NCBI GenBank assembly: GCA_017654855.1 | Contig: CM030338.1 | Coordinates: forward strand, 3,658,001-3,722,000 | Direction of reading: 5' to 3' | Length of the DNA stretch: 64,000 nt | From: Podospora anserina | Lineage: Eukaryota | In this document: piece by piece, positions 52,606-64,000 of the stretch | How positions within the stretch are numbered: the stretch's first letter is position 1 | Layout: each line of letters starts with the position of its first letter | Notes under the pieces: model-generated | Databases searched by the model: none | Told to the model about the DNA's origin: nothing | What the model saw: only the letters and a program-made list of their open reading frames with translations | Program-made: the position numbers and the translations under genes

Positions 52606-55216
52606 ATGACGGTTGCGAACGACCGCGTGTTGCGCGTCGAGTCGGTCGATGCCCTTGCACAACAGTTGTATCGCCGCTCTCGGACTGCTGGCCCGGATTT
52701 CAGCAAACTGAGCAAGGCTGTTGGCAGTCTCCAAAGGGTCCTCAAGCACCTACGCGACGAGGTCCAGGACGCCGACTCCCTTCTCAACCAACCGGGATCG
52801 GCCAATCATGACAGTCCAAATGGCGTCTATCATGAGGAGCTGACCAGGCTCGTCCAGGAGAGCGACTACACCATCAAGCAGGTGAACACGATTATCGAAA
52901 AATATGGTGGTGCCAGCGCTGTCTCGAATGGCATGGGAGCCGAGAGCCGGGATTCCTCCAGGACCCCTGATGAAGACCCAACCGAAAAGGCACTCAAGAT
53001 TGACCTGGTCAGGGAGCGCGTGGTCTCCCAAAAGGCCAAACTTGTCAACTTTCTGGACATGGTGCAGCTACACAACCCATCAAAGGTGCATCATTCGCTG
53101 CTGAAATTAGACAACAACTCGCAGATGGAAGACATCAAGAACAAGGTGGATATCGTTGCCAACCGCTTGTTTCAAAAAAGACGAGGTTCACCAGTGGGAG
53201 AGCACCAAGAAGAGCTGTGGCAAGAGTTCAAGACCGAGCTCGAAAACGAGGGGTTCTCGTCAGACGTCCTCCGCAACAACAAGGTATGTTTGGGCTTGCA
53301 CGTCAAGTCATAACCCAAGTTTTTGAAGCCTGGACTCACACAGTCAACAGGAAGTCCTTCGGGCATACATACGCGAGCTCGAATCACACAAAGCCCCTCA
53401 GGACGGAACACCCCCTTCTGTTCGCGGACTGCTCGAATGGGGCACCCAACCGCCAATGGGAGAGCAGGGTGCTTCCTCATCCTACCCAGTGCCCAACCCG
53501 GACCCAAGACCCAATCATGGTGATGCCCCCATTAGTAACGAGGGACGACGACGGATCCCGACCTCCGACACAGAGAAACCCCTTCAAGTTCATCGACATT
53601 TACAACCTCCTGCCATCTCTAACCATTCATCACATCTCAGCTATGACTACTGCACATCATCTGAATCCTCCGACTCCGAGTCCAGCCCTGTTTCTCAAAC
53701 AGCCTTGATATCAACGCGAGATATTCTCACCCTTGACTTGTACGAAGCTAACAAGATGCCTGGACGCCTGGGCTCACGCGGCCCACCACCCAACTACAAC
53801 CTGTCTCCTGGAACATCGCCAGGAAATCGGTATTTGCCTTCTGGGGTTCAGCCGCTGCAGATCCCTGGAGCAGATGCCATCTCTTACGATGGCCAGTACT
53901 CGAGGCCTTCTCGATACGCTTCGCCATCCTCTCAGTTCCCGCCCCCTTACACCAGAACCTTGTCCCCAAGTTCATCGACCGTGACGCCACCGCCTCCCTA
54001 CACCAGCCAAGTGTCGCTCTCGGCCCCTCATGCCGGGAATGATCTTTCTTATCACCAACATCAGCAGCAACAAGCTCGGCAGCACAGTAACCTAGCCCCC
54101 GATGGTCGAGGCAAACAGATCCCACTGGACGCGACCTGGACCAGAATCAAGCGCAGCCTTGTATCGCCTGTCGTTCTCGAGAGAGCTGGTGTGCGTTACG
54201 AGGCCAGACCGACCTTTGTTGCAGTCCTTGGCAAGCTGTCCCCCGAGCAAATCGCCGAGTATGCCAGACAGACTGCCGAAGTCCGAAACGCAAGAGGCCC
54301 ATCCAATGCTCCAAGCGAGATCTATGAACCCCCCAACCGAGCACGCCCTCGAGGATACCCCGAGGGACGAAGGATGCGTGGAGGCGGAGGTGCAAGAATT
54401 CGGAGCAACAACAACCCACCCCAACCGGCACACTGGGATGATGGCGATTCCTCCGACGATCAACGTGACTACCGCCAGGAGGCGGCACGCACCAAATACA
54501 TACCCAGAGGCTACACCCCCGATAAATACCGCCCCGACGACAAGGGTGCAAGAGCCCACCCCATCATTATCTCGCCTCCTGATAGCGGCTACGGCGAAGG
54601 CAGTAGGGTCTCACCCTCGGCCACTGTTGAGCCGAAGCCGATCTTGAAACAGAACCACGTCCGGTTCAACGATGGACCGAGGGACATCTCTCCCGGCTAT
54701 TACACGGACCGCTCCCACCGCGAAAAGGGTCGACGCCGTTCTGAGCGGGACAACCAAGACCGAGATGGCAGAGCCAGGGATGACCGGTCCGGTGATCGGG
54801 ACAGTCGAGCTCGCGAGCAGCGTGAACGGGAGCGGGAGCGGGAGCGGGAACGGGAACGTGAAACAGAGAGGGACCGGCCTCGCAGGGGTAGTTCCCGCGA
54901 CAGGGAGAGGGAGAGGGAGAGGGAGAGGGAGAGGGAGAGGGAGAGGGAGAGGGAGAGGGAGAGGGAGAGGGAACGCGAGCGGGAACGAGACCGGGAGCGG
55001 GAGCGCCGCAACCGCCAATACACCGACAGGGACAGAGATAGGGATCGGTACAGCCGAGAGAACAGTAATGGCAACCGGTACAGAGACAGGTCAAGGGAAG
55101 ATGATAGGTCGGCTCTGAGGAAGAGCCACTGGAAAGAGACGGCGGGGGCGATTGGGGTGGGAGGGGCGGCTGCTACGCTGCTGAGTGTTTTGACGGATGC
55201 TGTTCAGTACTTGTGA
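52606..55216 (+). CDS. Uncharacterised protein: helical N-terminal domain, small conserved internal domain, (RE)n tract, hydrophobic C-terminus; 2 exons (intron 53284-53350)
   Basis: GTATGT...CAG intron joins the ORFs as FSSDVLRNNK|EVLRAYIRELE; internal globular segment IPLDATWTRIKRSLVSPVVLERAGVRYEARP. Confidence 0.82.
54902..54972 (+). repeat. (AGGGAG)n hexanucleotide microsatellite, about 11-12 units, encoding (RE)n
   Basis: Perfect tandem repeat read directly in the sequence. Confidence 0.95.
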
Positions 55217-55951
55217 GGAGGACTTGGAGATATACCTATTTTAATCTTGCTTTTTTTTTTTGTGGGAGGAATTCTTGTGATGAAAATGAAACGATTTGGG
55301 AAATGGATATTAAGAGGAGGAATTTAAAAATATGGGGGTGATTTCACGGAGGTTGTTGACATTGCTTGTTTATGATTTTCCTTTGTTCATAAGGTTGGTT
55401 TTGTGATGGTTTAGATTTAGATAGATACCTCTGGTGGGATGGCAGAGGGCTGAGGAACTGCTTCGGAAGTAACGGGGGACAACTGCGAAGTCAGGAGGAT
55501 ACTCATCAGGGAAAAGGATAAAGTGTGGCAAGCAAATGGGAGGACATCTGGAAAGAAACAGGGCACCAAAGATACCCATTTATTTTAGTTTTATGTTTAC
55601 TCAACAATAATACACCTACAAGTCTGTGTTTCGCATCACAAACATCCCTCACAATCTGCTTGGTTCTTCTAACCACCCTGAAAAGCGTATTAGATGTCCT
55701 TTGAGGTTCGTTGGGGGTCTCATGTTGATCATCTCATTAATGCTGGCTTTATCTGCTACATATCCTGCTTTTGGCCTTCCCTAACATAAACCCATATTTC
55801 CCAATCCTACCATCGTGTAGCCCAACGTATCTCTATACATAATCTCACATACATGAGAGCCTGACCTTCCTTCCAAGCCCGACATAAACTCCATAACCTG
55901 CTTGCTGTGCCTAGCAATATCACAAGAAATGAAATAATCAAGATACCTTAT

Positions 55952-58678
55952 CTACCTTCTCCTCGCAGTCCTCCTCTGCGGCAGAGCCCCAGCCCCAGCC
56001 CCAGCACTCGAAGCGTTATTGGAAGGCCCATAACCACCCAAATCGCCAATCGTGACAAAGCCTTGCTCTGCCGTCAACTTCCCACCCCCCTCCACAGTGC
56101 TCCCCGTCAGTTTACCAAGCAACGCCGCCTTTGCCTTTCTCGACTGCGGATCCTCAAAGTGGAGCTGCGAGCTCGACACAAGCGGCCCCTGTGATTTGTC
56201 CTTGTCCCCGAGCGAGCCATTTTCTGCATCCTTCTGCTCGGAGCTGCTAGCTGCCGATATGTTGGACACGGCCGACACATTGGAGATGGCCCTGCCCAAG
56301 ATCTCTCTCTTGCGTCTCTTGGCTTGGGGCTGCTGCCTGTCACCTTCCATGGAGGACAACCGGTCAGCCGTGAGTCCGGCACTCTCTGACCCGGCGGCGA
56401 TGACTGTGCTGGTTGTCCTCTTGAGAAGGGCGGATGTTAGCTTTTCTGACAGAGCGATACGCTCCTGTTCTGCACGCATTGCCCGCAACTTTTCTGCGTT
56501 GTCTTTGCGTGCTTCCACTTCGGGTATAGAATGGAGGGGAGAGGCCGTGTCTGCTGACTGCCCGACATCGCCATCGGTGGCCTCAGAATCGGCCACTTCG
56601 GAGCGTGTGCGGCTAAGGGGTTTGTGAGTTTCTGGTGCCTGTCCGGATCGCGAAGAAACCGAGGAGGAGGAAGAGGGCCTATTCAGACAGTTGGGTAAGG
56701 CTTTCGAGAGAGGCGCTCTGGGTGTCTCATTGGAGGGGGTTTTGGTAGATTCGCTGGGAGCATGGTGAGTGGGTGCTGTTTCAAAGTGTGTATTGGCCGT
56801 CGTCAAGAAGGAGTCTTCTGGCGCCATTCTCTTTCTAGGCGGTTTAGCGACTGTGTCCGTCTTCTCAGGGGCAAAAGCTGACGCATCGATATCTGAGCGA
56901 CGTGTAGGCTTGGTCGTGGCAGTTGACTTGGACAACAAGTCCTTGTCTACCGTGTCTCTTGCTGCTTGCTTGGGCTTCTGCCTGCCCTTCGTGGCCTCGG
57001 GAGTCTCATGTGCCATGGTGTGCTTTGGGCCCTGCAAATTCTGCTGCTTTAGCTCTGGAAATAAGAAGTCCCGGATAGGAACAATAGAGCCCGTAGATAT
57101 GCATTTCCACAACCAACCGGCATTCACAACAGGTATTTTCCACTCCAACGCAAGCTTCAACTTCTGCGGCCTGATCCCAGAGAGCGTCGGGCAGACTAAT
57201 ATGGAGATATCGGCAGTGAATCGCTCTTCGTATCTCGCCCCCAATTGCCTGATGGACTTGTCGATCTGGTTGAGGTCGACGCCAGTGAAGTTGGACGTGC
57301 AGATGGAGAGCTTCTTAAAACCCGGAATGGGAAATGTTGGGAATGGACGCCCGATGACATGGTCTGCTGGGTGGAAAAAGCGCTTGTTGTGGAGGCATTT
57401 CTCGATATAAAATTCGGTAATGATGCTGACGTTCTCGGGGACTTTTGGCTGTATCTCGGGAGGAGATTCCTGCGGTATAATAAAGAACCGATGTGCCATC
57501 TGAGCACCAGATGCCGAGGAAACTTCTTCTAGAGAATGGCATATCATGCCCCCCAAAGAGGCCACAGTGTTGAGAAGCATCTCGGTCTTTTTGGCCGAGA
57601 ACCCATGGATGAAGAAGCAACATGAGGCGAAAACGCCGCTTTCATCGGGGCGACCGAAAGACGAGAGCTTTGAGCCTTGGGTGTCCATTGACTTCGTGGG
57701 ATTTGGGCCTGAAAGTGATGGTTGTGTGACATGCTGAAAAGACGCTGAGGGAGCAGGTTGTTGCGGGGCGGTCTCGAAAGGTTCGGCGGTCTCGGGCTGT
57801 GGTGGCTTGCCCATGCCTAAAATGTCCCCCCAAAGGTTATCTCTCTGATTATTAAGCTTCATACTGGCAGTCTTGCGCAGCTTTCGCTTTCCATCCTCCT
57901 GGGCGGCGGCATTTTCTCTCAACCGCTTTCCCATAGCAGCGTGCTGTGCCCGTTCCTTGTTCCAAGCACCGACACCCCTTTCTTCCCGAGGCAACACAGG
58001 GTCGTAGTACCTCTCATCCAAGATCATGCCTCGTTCGACACTGTCTCTGACCCACTCGACCGACACGGTCTGTTGTCCCCATCTCTTGGAGGCGTAATAT
58101 TTCTTGCCTTCGGGTTTCTGGGCAATCAGGTGCGTGACGTCCTTGACGAGATCGCCAGTGTAGCGCCCGCCGTTGGCTTCGATCAAATTTGCGATTTCCT
58201 GACGGGCGGCGGGGTCCTCGATGCCAGTTGTGCAACAGAGAAGCTGGCCGCGGGGGTGGTTTGGGTCCATAGTTCCTCCATCCCTCTCGAAGGCGCGCAT
58301 CTGCCATTGTTTTTCCAGGGCGGCAAAGTCGATCTCGGCATCCCTCACCCAGAGATCCCGGACGGCCTCGACCCAGGCAGTAGCCATGGGCTTGATGTCG
58401 GGGCGCTCTCTGGCGACATGGCGGTACTTTGCGGTGTCGTAGTTTCCGACGATCAGATGTGTGCATTCGGGGGTGAGGTCATACTTGTGGAGACCTCCCA
58501 GTTCGATCGTTTTCGAGGCGATGTCTTCCTACGGTTGGGGAGCTCTGGTTAGCTGGAACACGGCGCGGTAATGGGTTGGTTGAGTTGAGGTTTTAGTTAC
58601 CCTGAGGTCGGGCGGGATGCTGGTGCAGCAGATGACAACGCCCCGGAAAGGTTGAGCTGGGTCGAAGCCGGCCTCCAT
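55952..58678 (-). CDS. DPB11: Multi-BRCT replication/checkpoint scaffold (Dpb11/Cut5/Rad4/TopBP1); 2 exons (intron 58600-58529)
   Basis: Four BRCT-like repeats: PFRGVVICCTSI...LGG..HKYDLT...THLIV; GGRYTGDL..VTHLIA...WVRDS; FASCCFFIHGF; ICTSNFTG...IPVVNAGWLWKC. Confidence 0.85.
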
Positions 58679-58857
58679 TGGATCTTTGTGTTTACCCGGC
58701 GAGCATGAGCATGAGGCTGCGTGAACGACGACAGAATATCTGACGGACAGCGGGAATGCGGACAGTCGCGTCGCGTGGGCAGCTGACATGTGGGGCACTT
58801 TAACATGTTGCTGCTGGCTGATGCGGGAGGATCGAAGAATCATAACAGGGGTTAGGG

Positions 58858-59481
58858 TTAAGCTACTATACATCTTTTCTCTTTAACTCCTACAAGTTGC
58901 TTCCTCTCTCTCCTGATCTTGAACCCAGTCATGATAACTCTATGTTGATCCTTGGTGGTAAAATCGATGGTCACTTCCTCCCCGTCCCAGTTGACCTTGC
59001 CCGCCCGACACTCTTCCTCGGTAGCCCAGAGGAACCGCACATGCTCCTGAGGGTCAAGTGTCACCACCGGTCTCTCAGATGTGCTTGGGATTTGCACCTC
59101 TGCCTCGAATGTCATCTTCTCTACAGTTCTCCCCCTTCGCGTTAGAAACACATCTTTTGATACCAGCTCGACCGCATGTATCATGAGAAGCCCGCTCTCC
59201 TCCCACAATTCCCTCGCCAGCCCATGCAAGACAGTCTCATCTTCAACGTCACAAGCACCGCCGGGAATCTCCCATTTGAGTGGCATCGAGTCGTCTGGGG
59301 CGCGCTGGATGAGCAGGATGTGGTCATCGTGCGAAAATACCAGGGCACCGGTTGCTAGGTGTTTGAGGAGCGGCACATGAGGCCGACGGACCTCGAGGAG
59401 GTCGCCAACTGTAACATTGTAGGCGGAGAGGTTTGGTGAAAATGTGAAGGTGAAGCCTGATGGCGGAGGTGGTGGTGGCAT
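58858..59481 (-). CDS. Nudix hydrolase
   Basis: ILLIQRA..DS...WEIPGG and Nudix box GGACDVEDETVLHGLARELWEESGL; LDPQEH. Confidence 0.9.
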   Translation of the reverse strand: MPPPPPPSGFTFTFSPNLSAYNVTVGDLLEVRRPHVPLLKHLATGALVFSHDDHILLIQRAPDDSMPLKWEIPGGACDVEDETVLHGLARELWEESGLLMIHAVELVSKDVFLTRRGRTVEKMTFEAEVQIPSTSERPVVTLDPQEHVRFLWATEEECRAGKVNWDGEEVTIDFTTKDQHRVIMTGFKIRRERKQLVGVKEKRCIVA

Positions 59482-59982
59482 ACTAGCTGATATGAAGGAG
59501 AAGAGGTAAGTTGATAGGTAACAGAGAAAGATGTTGCTTCCAGGCCCCTTTTCAGTTGAGCCCCACTCTCACCGCCCAAGTCCTCCACAAGGCAACAAGG
59601 CAAGGCACATAAGGCACTGATGCATATCACTTCGAGGCAACAAAGCATATGCTTCTTTTTACATATTGCTCCGTGCTTACTCTGCCCATGCATCGTGAGG
59701 AAACCTCATTTTCAGTTTGCTGAGTAATGCACAAGCAGCATGGGCTTAGCTTTCTCCTGAACCCCTCGGAGAAGTGATTGCTGGACTTGATCTCACATCG
59801 GTATACGAACCTGAAATCGACAGCTTCATGTAGGTCACACAGCACCGATTAGTCACGACCAAATCTTGGCTGCTTGTGAAAGACATATAAAAGTTACCCA
59901 GTGAAGCAATATCTGGAGCACTCACTCGTCTGCTCAGTGACACTTACCTTGGAAAACTCACGATTCACCTTCCCCTGACGCA

Positions 59983-61011
59983 ATGTCTTCGCTACCACTG
60001 TCAATGAAGACTCTTCTCCAACTGTCGCCTCATTCTCCTTCCCTTACCCTCACCACCTCACCGCTGCCCGTACCTTCTCACCCTTCTGACGTGCTCATCA
60101 AAGTATACACTACCGCGCCCTGCAAAGGCGAGCTCACCTGGGCTGCCGCATTCCCAGATGTGATCCCCTCCACCAAAACCCCCGTGCCCTCTCAAGATCT
60201 CGCAGGTGTCATTGTCTCCTTGCCCCCCGCATACACCGGAGGGTTCAAGCCAGGGGACAAAGTCCACTGCCGAATCGAGGCGACCCGTCCCGGTGCGGCC
60301 CGAGAATACGCACTTGCCCGTCTTTCAGAGCTGGCATTGATACCAAAGAACTTGGGATGGATCCGGGCAGCTGCAACGCCCTTGAGCTCGTTGACCGCTT
60401 GGCAAGCCTTGTTTACACATGGTGGCCTGAATAAAGAAGGCCTTCTTGAAGGAAAAAATCCTGCGAGAGAGGAGAACGCAAAAAAACGAGTGCTCATTAC
60501 GGGGGCGACTGGTGGTGTTGGCAGTTGGGCGGTACAGCTTGCTGCTCTGGCGGGATGCGAAGTGGTAGGGCTCTGCGGACCGAATAAAATTGCCCACGTG
60601 AAGGAATTGGGAGCAAGTGAGGTGGTGAACTATAAGGAAACTTCTCTTCGGCAATGGGCGTCGCCTGAAAGGGAGGTTGACGTCGTTTTGGACATGGTTG
60701 GAGGGAAGACGTTGGAGGGCTGTTGGTTCGCTATCAAAGATCAGGGCAAGATGGTCAGTATCTGCGCTCCTCCTGAAAGCGCTAGGCCAAGCCATCTTGT
60801 TGGAAAGGAGGGCGTGAACAGCAATTTCTTCATCGTTGAGCCTCTTGGGGAAGACTTGACGGAGATTGGACAACTGATCGAGGCAGGCAAAGTCAGGCCG
60901 ACGGTGGATAGCGTTTGGTCGTTTGAGGAGTACGGGGCGGCCTTTGCGAGGTTGGAGAGCGGGCAGACGACGGGAAAAGTTGTCCTTCGAGTTGCTGACT
61001 TTGACGAGTGA
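59983..61011 (+). CDS. Medium-chain dehydrogenase/reductase, zinc-independent quinone/enoyl reductase-like
   Basis: GroES-like N-domain (FKPGDKV), AAATPLSSLTAWQALF, VLITGATGGVG NAD(P) motif, TTGKVVL; no Zn-binding Cys cluster. Confidence 0.9.
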   Translation: MSSLPLSMKTLLQLSPHSPSLTLTTSPLPVPSHPSDVLIKVYTTAPCKGELTWAAAFPDVIPSTKTPVPSQDLAGVIVSLPPAYTGGFKPGDKVHCRIEATRPGAAREYALARLSELALIPKNLGWIRAAATPLSSLTAWQALFTHGGLNKEGLLEGKNPAREENAKKRVLITGATGGVGSWAVQLAALAGCEVVGLCGPNKIAHVKELGASEVVNYKETSLRQWASPEREVDVVLDMVGGKTLEGCWFAIKDQGKMVSICAPPESARPSHLVGKEGVNSNFFIVEPLGEDLTEIGQLIEAGKVRPTVDSVWSFEEYGAAFARLESGQTTGKVVLRVADFDE

Positions 61012-61671
61012 CTGATAACATGGCTGTGTACGGAGTAGGTAGTGTAGCTATGTATTGTGAATGATCAGGGCAATGTGGGAATGTTTCCGGTTTGATGTTT
61101 TGTGGGGTGTGCAGGGAGCAGGGATGTGATTGGCCCAGGCCTTGTCCCCTGAGACGTTGGGGGTTTGCAGACCCTGTCTCCAAGAAACCTTATTCAGAGA
61201 CGCAGGGTCCTCGCTGCGACATGATCCCCTCAAGTGTTTGATCACCCTCATTGTCACAGCTCGAGAGATCCGACTGCCGCTGACAGCCATCGAGAGCACC
61301 ATGGCATTGACCAAGTCGGCATTCTCGCCCTGTCTCCGTCAAGCGCGAGTCCTCCGTCGGCCATCAATTGCTCACTGAGCCTCACCACCAGCCTCATGTT
61401 GAGGCTGGAGTGTAGCTGTTGTGTAGCTACAGGCCCCTGGTCCTCGACACCTCCTGATCTTCTTCCAGAGAGCTCCCATGTGCGTGTCCACCCAGCAAGT
61501 TGTGGGATGAGACATTACAACCGCACAGGGTCGTACCGAGCGTACTCGCACACAGACACCCTTTCTCCAGCTCTCTTCTTGTTTCACACCACCTAATTCT
61601 CCTTCTTTGCCATTTACCTTGGTTTCTACTCGACACTGACCACTGTGTGGTGCTTTGTTGCTTCTCTCCTG

Positions 61672-61751
61672 CCTTTCCTTTCCTTTCCTTTCCTTTCCTT
61701 TCCTTTCCTTTCCTTTCCTTTCCTTTCCTTTCCTTTCCTTTCCTTTCCTTT
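61672..61751 (+). repeat. (CCTTT)16 pentanucleotide microsatellite
   Basis: Perfect tandem repeat about 290 bp upstream of the aspartic protease ATG. Confidence 0.95.
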
Positions 61752-62040
61752 CTTTCTCTTTTGCCTTGCTGTGCCTCTAAGAGCCCAATCTTTCTTTCTG
61801 TTTTGTTTCTTGCCCTAGGCGTTGGTGCGGTCCAGAGCCGCCGGCGAGCTTGGGAACTTGGTCTCGATACCTTCTTTTGGTACCTTCATTTCTGTGTTTT
61901 TATACCTCTTTTTCTCGGGGAACCGGCCGGCCGTTTTTATAGTCACATACTCCTCTGGAATTCGCCTGGTGTGTCAACCTCGATATCGTTGCCGATGCAG
62001 ACGCCGTCGTGGTAGTCCGCCGACACCATACTCGCCAGCA

Positions 62041-63726
62041 ATGGCATTTTCCTTGCTCCTTTCCGCATCCGTATTGCTCCTCTCCTCGACTTTTAGCGGC
62101 CATGCGGTAGCTTCCTCCTTGCCATTCACAAACACCACGATACCACCAACAAATGTCTCGATACCGCACACACATGCCCCGATAAAGCTCATAAACTCGT
62201 CGGTAATAGCGCATGACGACGGCTGCGTTCATCTGCCCATCGTTCACTCAACCAATGCCAACCACTTTTCCAAGAAGCGTGGTGTTCAGCTCCAGTTAGC
62301 TAACCGGTCTGACATCGCGTACTACGCCCAACGTACATACGCCCTGTGTTCTGTGAGGTGACCGTCGTGAAGCTAACAAGTCTCTAGTGAGCATTGGTAC
62401 ACCACCACAGCCGGTTTTCGTGCAGTTGGATACAGGATCATTTGAGCTGTGGGTGAATCCAGATTGTACCACCGTCCAGGGCGCCGACGCAGCATTCTGC
62501 CAGCAAGTCGGCCGGTACGATGGCAATACATCTTCGACAGCCAAATCGCTGGGGACCACCAAGACGTTGAAGTATGGCATCGGTACTGCCAACATCACGT
62601 ATTTTGAAGACACCATCACTCTTGCCGGGACAGCCACCGCCCTCCAGGCCGTCCAGTTTGGCGTGGCCACCGCAACAGAAGATACCTTCTCGGGTATTCT
62701 GGGTATTGGGTATGGGAAGGGCATTGCCACCAAATACAAAAACTTTGTCGATCAGCTTGTTGCCCAGAACGCTATCAGAGCAAAGGCATACACCCTCGCG
62801 CTGGGTAGTAAAGAAGAGAAGGAAGGAGTCATTGTGTTTGGTGGTGTTGACCCCTCGAAATTCGCCGGTCCCTTGGCCAAGCTGCCCATTATTGATGCCA
62901 ACAACTCACCGGACCAAGTGCCTCGTTTCTGGGTCGACATGAATTCGATTGCTATCACGCCACCCAACAACGATACGAAAGTGTACGAGGGCAGCAAGAT
63001 GCCTGTGTTCCTGGACTCCGGGTCGACAATGACACTGCTTCCACCCGATCTTGCAGCGACGATCGCGAAGGACTTTGGGGCCGACAAAGAGGATGACAAC
63101 GGGTTTTACCGCATCGACTGCGGTTTGACATCCATGAACGGAACCCTGGACTTCTCCTTCAATGGACTCAACATCAGAGTCCCGTACAAGGAGATGATCA
63201 GAGAGGTACCCAGCAACCCGCCTGCGTGCTTCTTGGGCATTACACCAAGCAAGAAGTTTACCCTTTTGGGGGACACATTTCTACGGTCTGCTTATGGTAT
63301 GTTTTCGGTCCGCCACAGTGTTATACACGGTCACACTAACGGGGTGAGACAGTCGTGTTCGACCTCGAGACAAACTCTATTTGGATGACGCAAGCTACAA
63401 GCTGCGGTTCCACCCCTGCGGCACTTGGTAGCGTTAACGATCTGTCCATGGTGGTGGGCGCGTGCGGTTTGACAGCTGAACCAGCGGTGACCGTTTCGAG
63501 TGCTGGCGGCACAACGGCGACCCCTGGTGTTGGTGTTGGTGGTGGTGGTACTGGATCGGATACGAACGGGGCCTCTGCGACAGTCTCCACGGTTGTGGTG
63601 CCTGAATCGCCACCAGGTGCAACCTCGACAGCAGGGTCACCAGTTACTTCATCAAGTTCAAGATGTCATCCGATGGCGGTCGTTGCCATGGCTTTTGCCC
63701 TCTTGGCCCTGGCGAACATGGGTTGA
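62041..63726 (+). CDS. Secreted, probably GPI-anchored aspartic protease (A1, yapsin-like); 3 exons (introns 62333-62387, 63297-63352)
   Basis: Signal peptide, KKR propeptide site, catalytic DTGS and DSGS, GILGIG, LGDTFLRSAY|VVFD, Ser/Thr/Gly stalk and hydrophobic C-terminus. Confidence 0.93.
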
Positions 63727-64000
63727 GAAAATAACCCGTCGAATTTTTGTATATACCCTTTCAACTGTGTTTACTAGAAGGGTGCCTGGCTGATGAAGGA
63801 GCCATGGCGCCGATTTAATGACATGATACCTACTGGTCTGTCTCCGTCCACGTGTTCCATCAAGTATCTAGTAGAAATGGCCAGGCCGCACCGAGTCACA
63901 TCTGCTGTACGGATACACATATACCTTGGAGGATAGTTATTAGGCTTTGAAAGATACCTAATTTACAGGCTCGAGGGTATAATAAAGTGAATAGGATCAC

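Noticed and set aside
59506..59947. GTAAGT donor-like sites on opposite strands in the Nudix/MDR divergent spacer
   Set aside because: Could imply overlapping spliced 5' UTRs, but hexamers arise by chance and acceptors are ambiguous.
61500..62015. 171-aa ORF with (FPFLS)n
   Set aside because: Artefact of the (CCTTT)n microsatellite.
1..64000. Transposons, Starship captain, Spok/het genes, secondary-metabolite cluster
   Set aside because: No transposase, reverse transcriptase, tyrosine recombinase, HET/NACHT, PKS or NRPS motifs recognised; no LTRs or TIRs seen by eye.

Overview
Gene-dense eukaryotic DNA from a filamentous ascomycete. Short GT-AG introns with CTRAC branch points and the gene content suggest a Sordariomycete, plausibly Sordariales/Podospora-like (inference). 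About 20 intact genes are supported: Ldb19/Art1 arrestin, GTPBP1-type GTPase, LSM3, GPI12/PIG-L, a small membrane protein, CE4 chitin deacetylase, alpha/beta hydrolase, MOSC protein, WSC membrane protein, an Adr1/AmdX-like C2H2 transcription factor, an omega-3/delta15-type fatty acid desaturase, an ArAE/FUSC-like transporter, ELG1, a Utp8-like protein, two uncharacterised proteins, DPB11/Cut5, a Nudix hydrolase, an MDR oxidoreductase and a yapsin-like aspartic protease. The most unusual part is an accessory-looking island at about 15.6-22.4 kb. It holds a head-to-head pair of pseudogenes: an F-box/LRR-like gene and a large uncharacterised gene with an N-terminal Cys/His cluster. Both are disrupted by frameshifts and by stop codons explicable as C>T/G>A transitions. 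No tRNA, rRNA, CRISPR array or intact transposon was recognised. Family assignments come from recalled motifs, not database searches.
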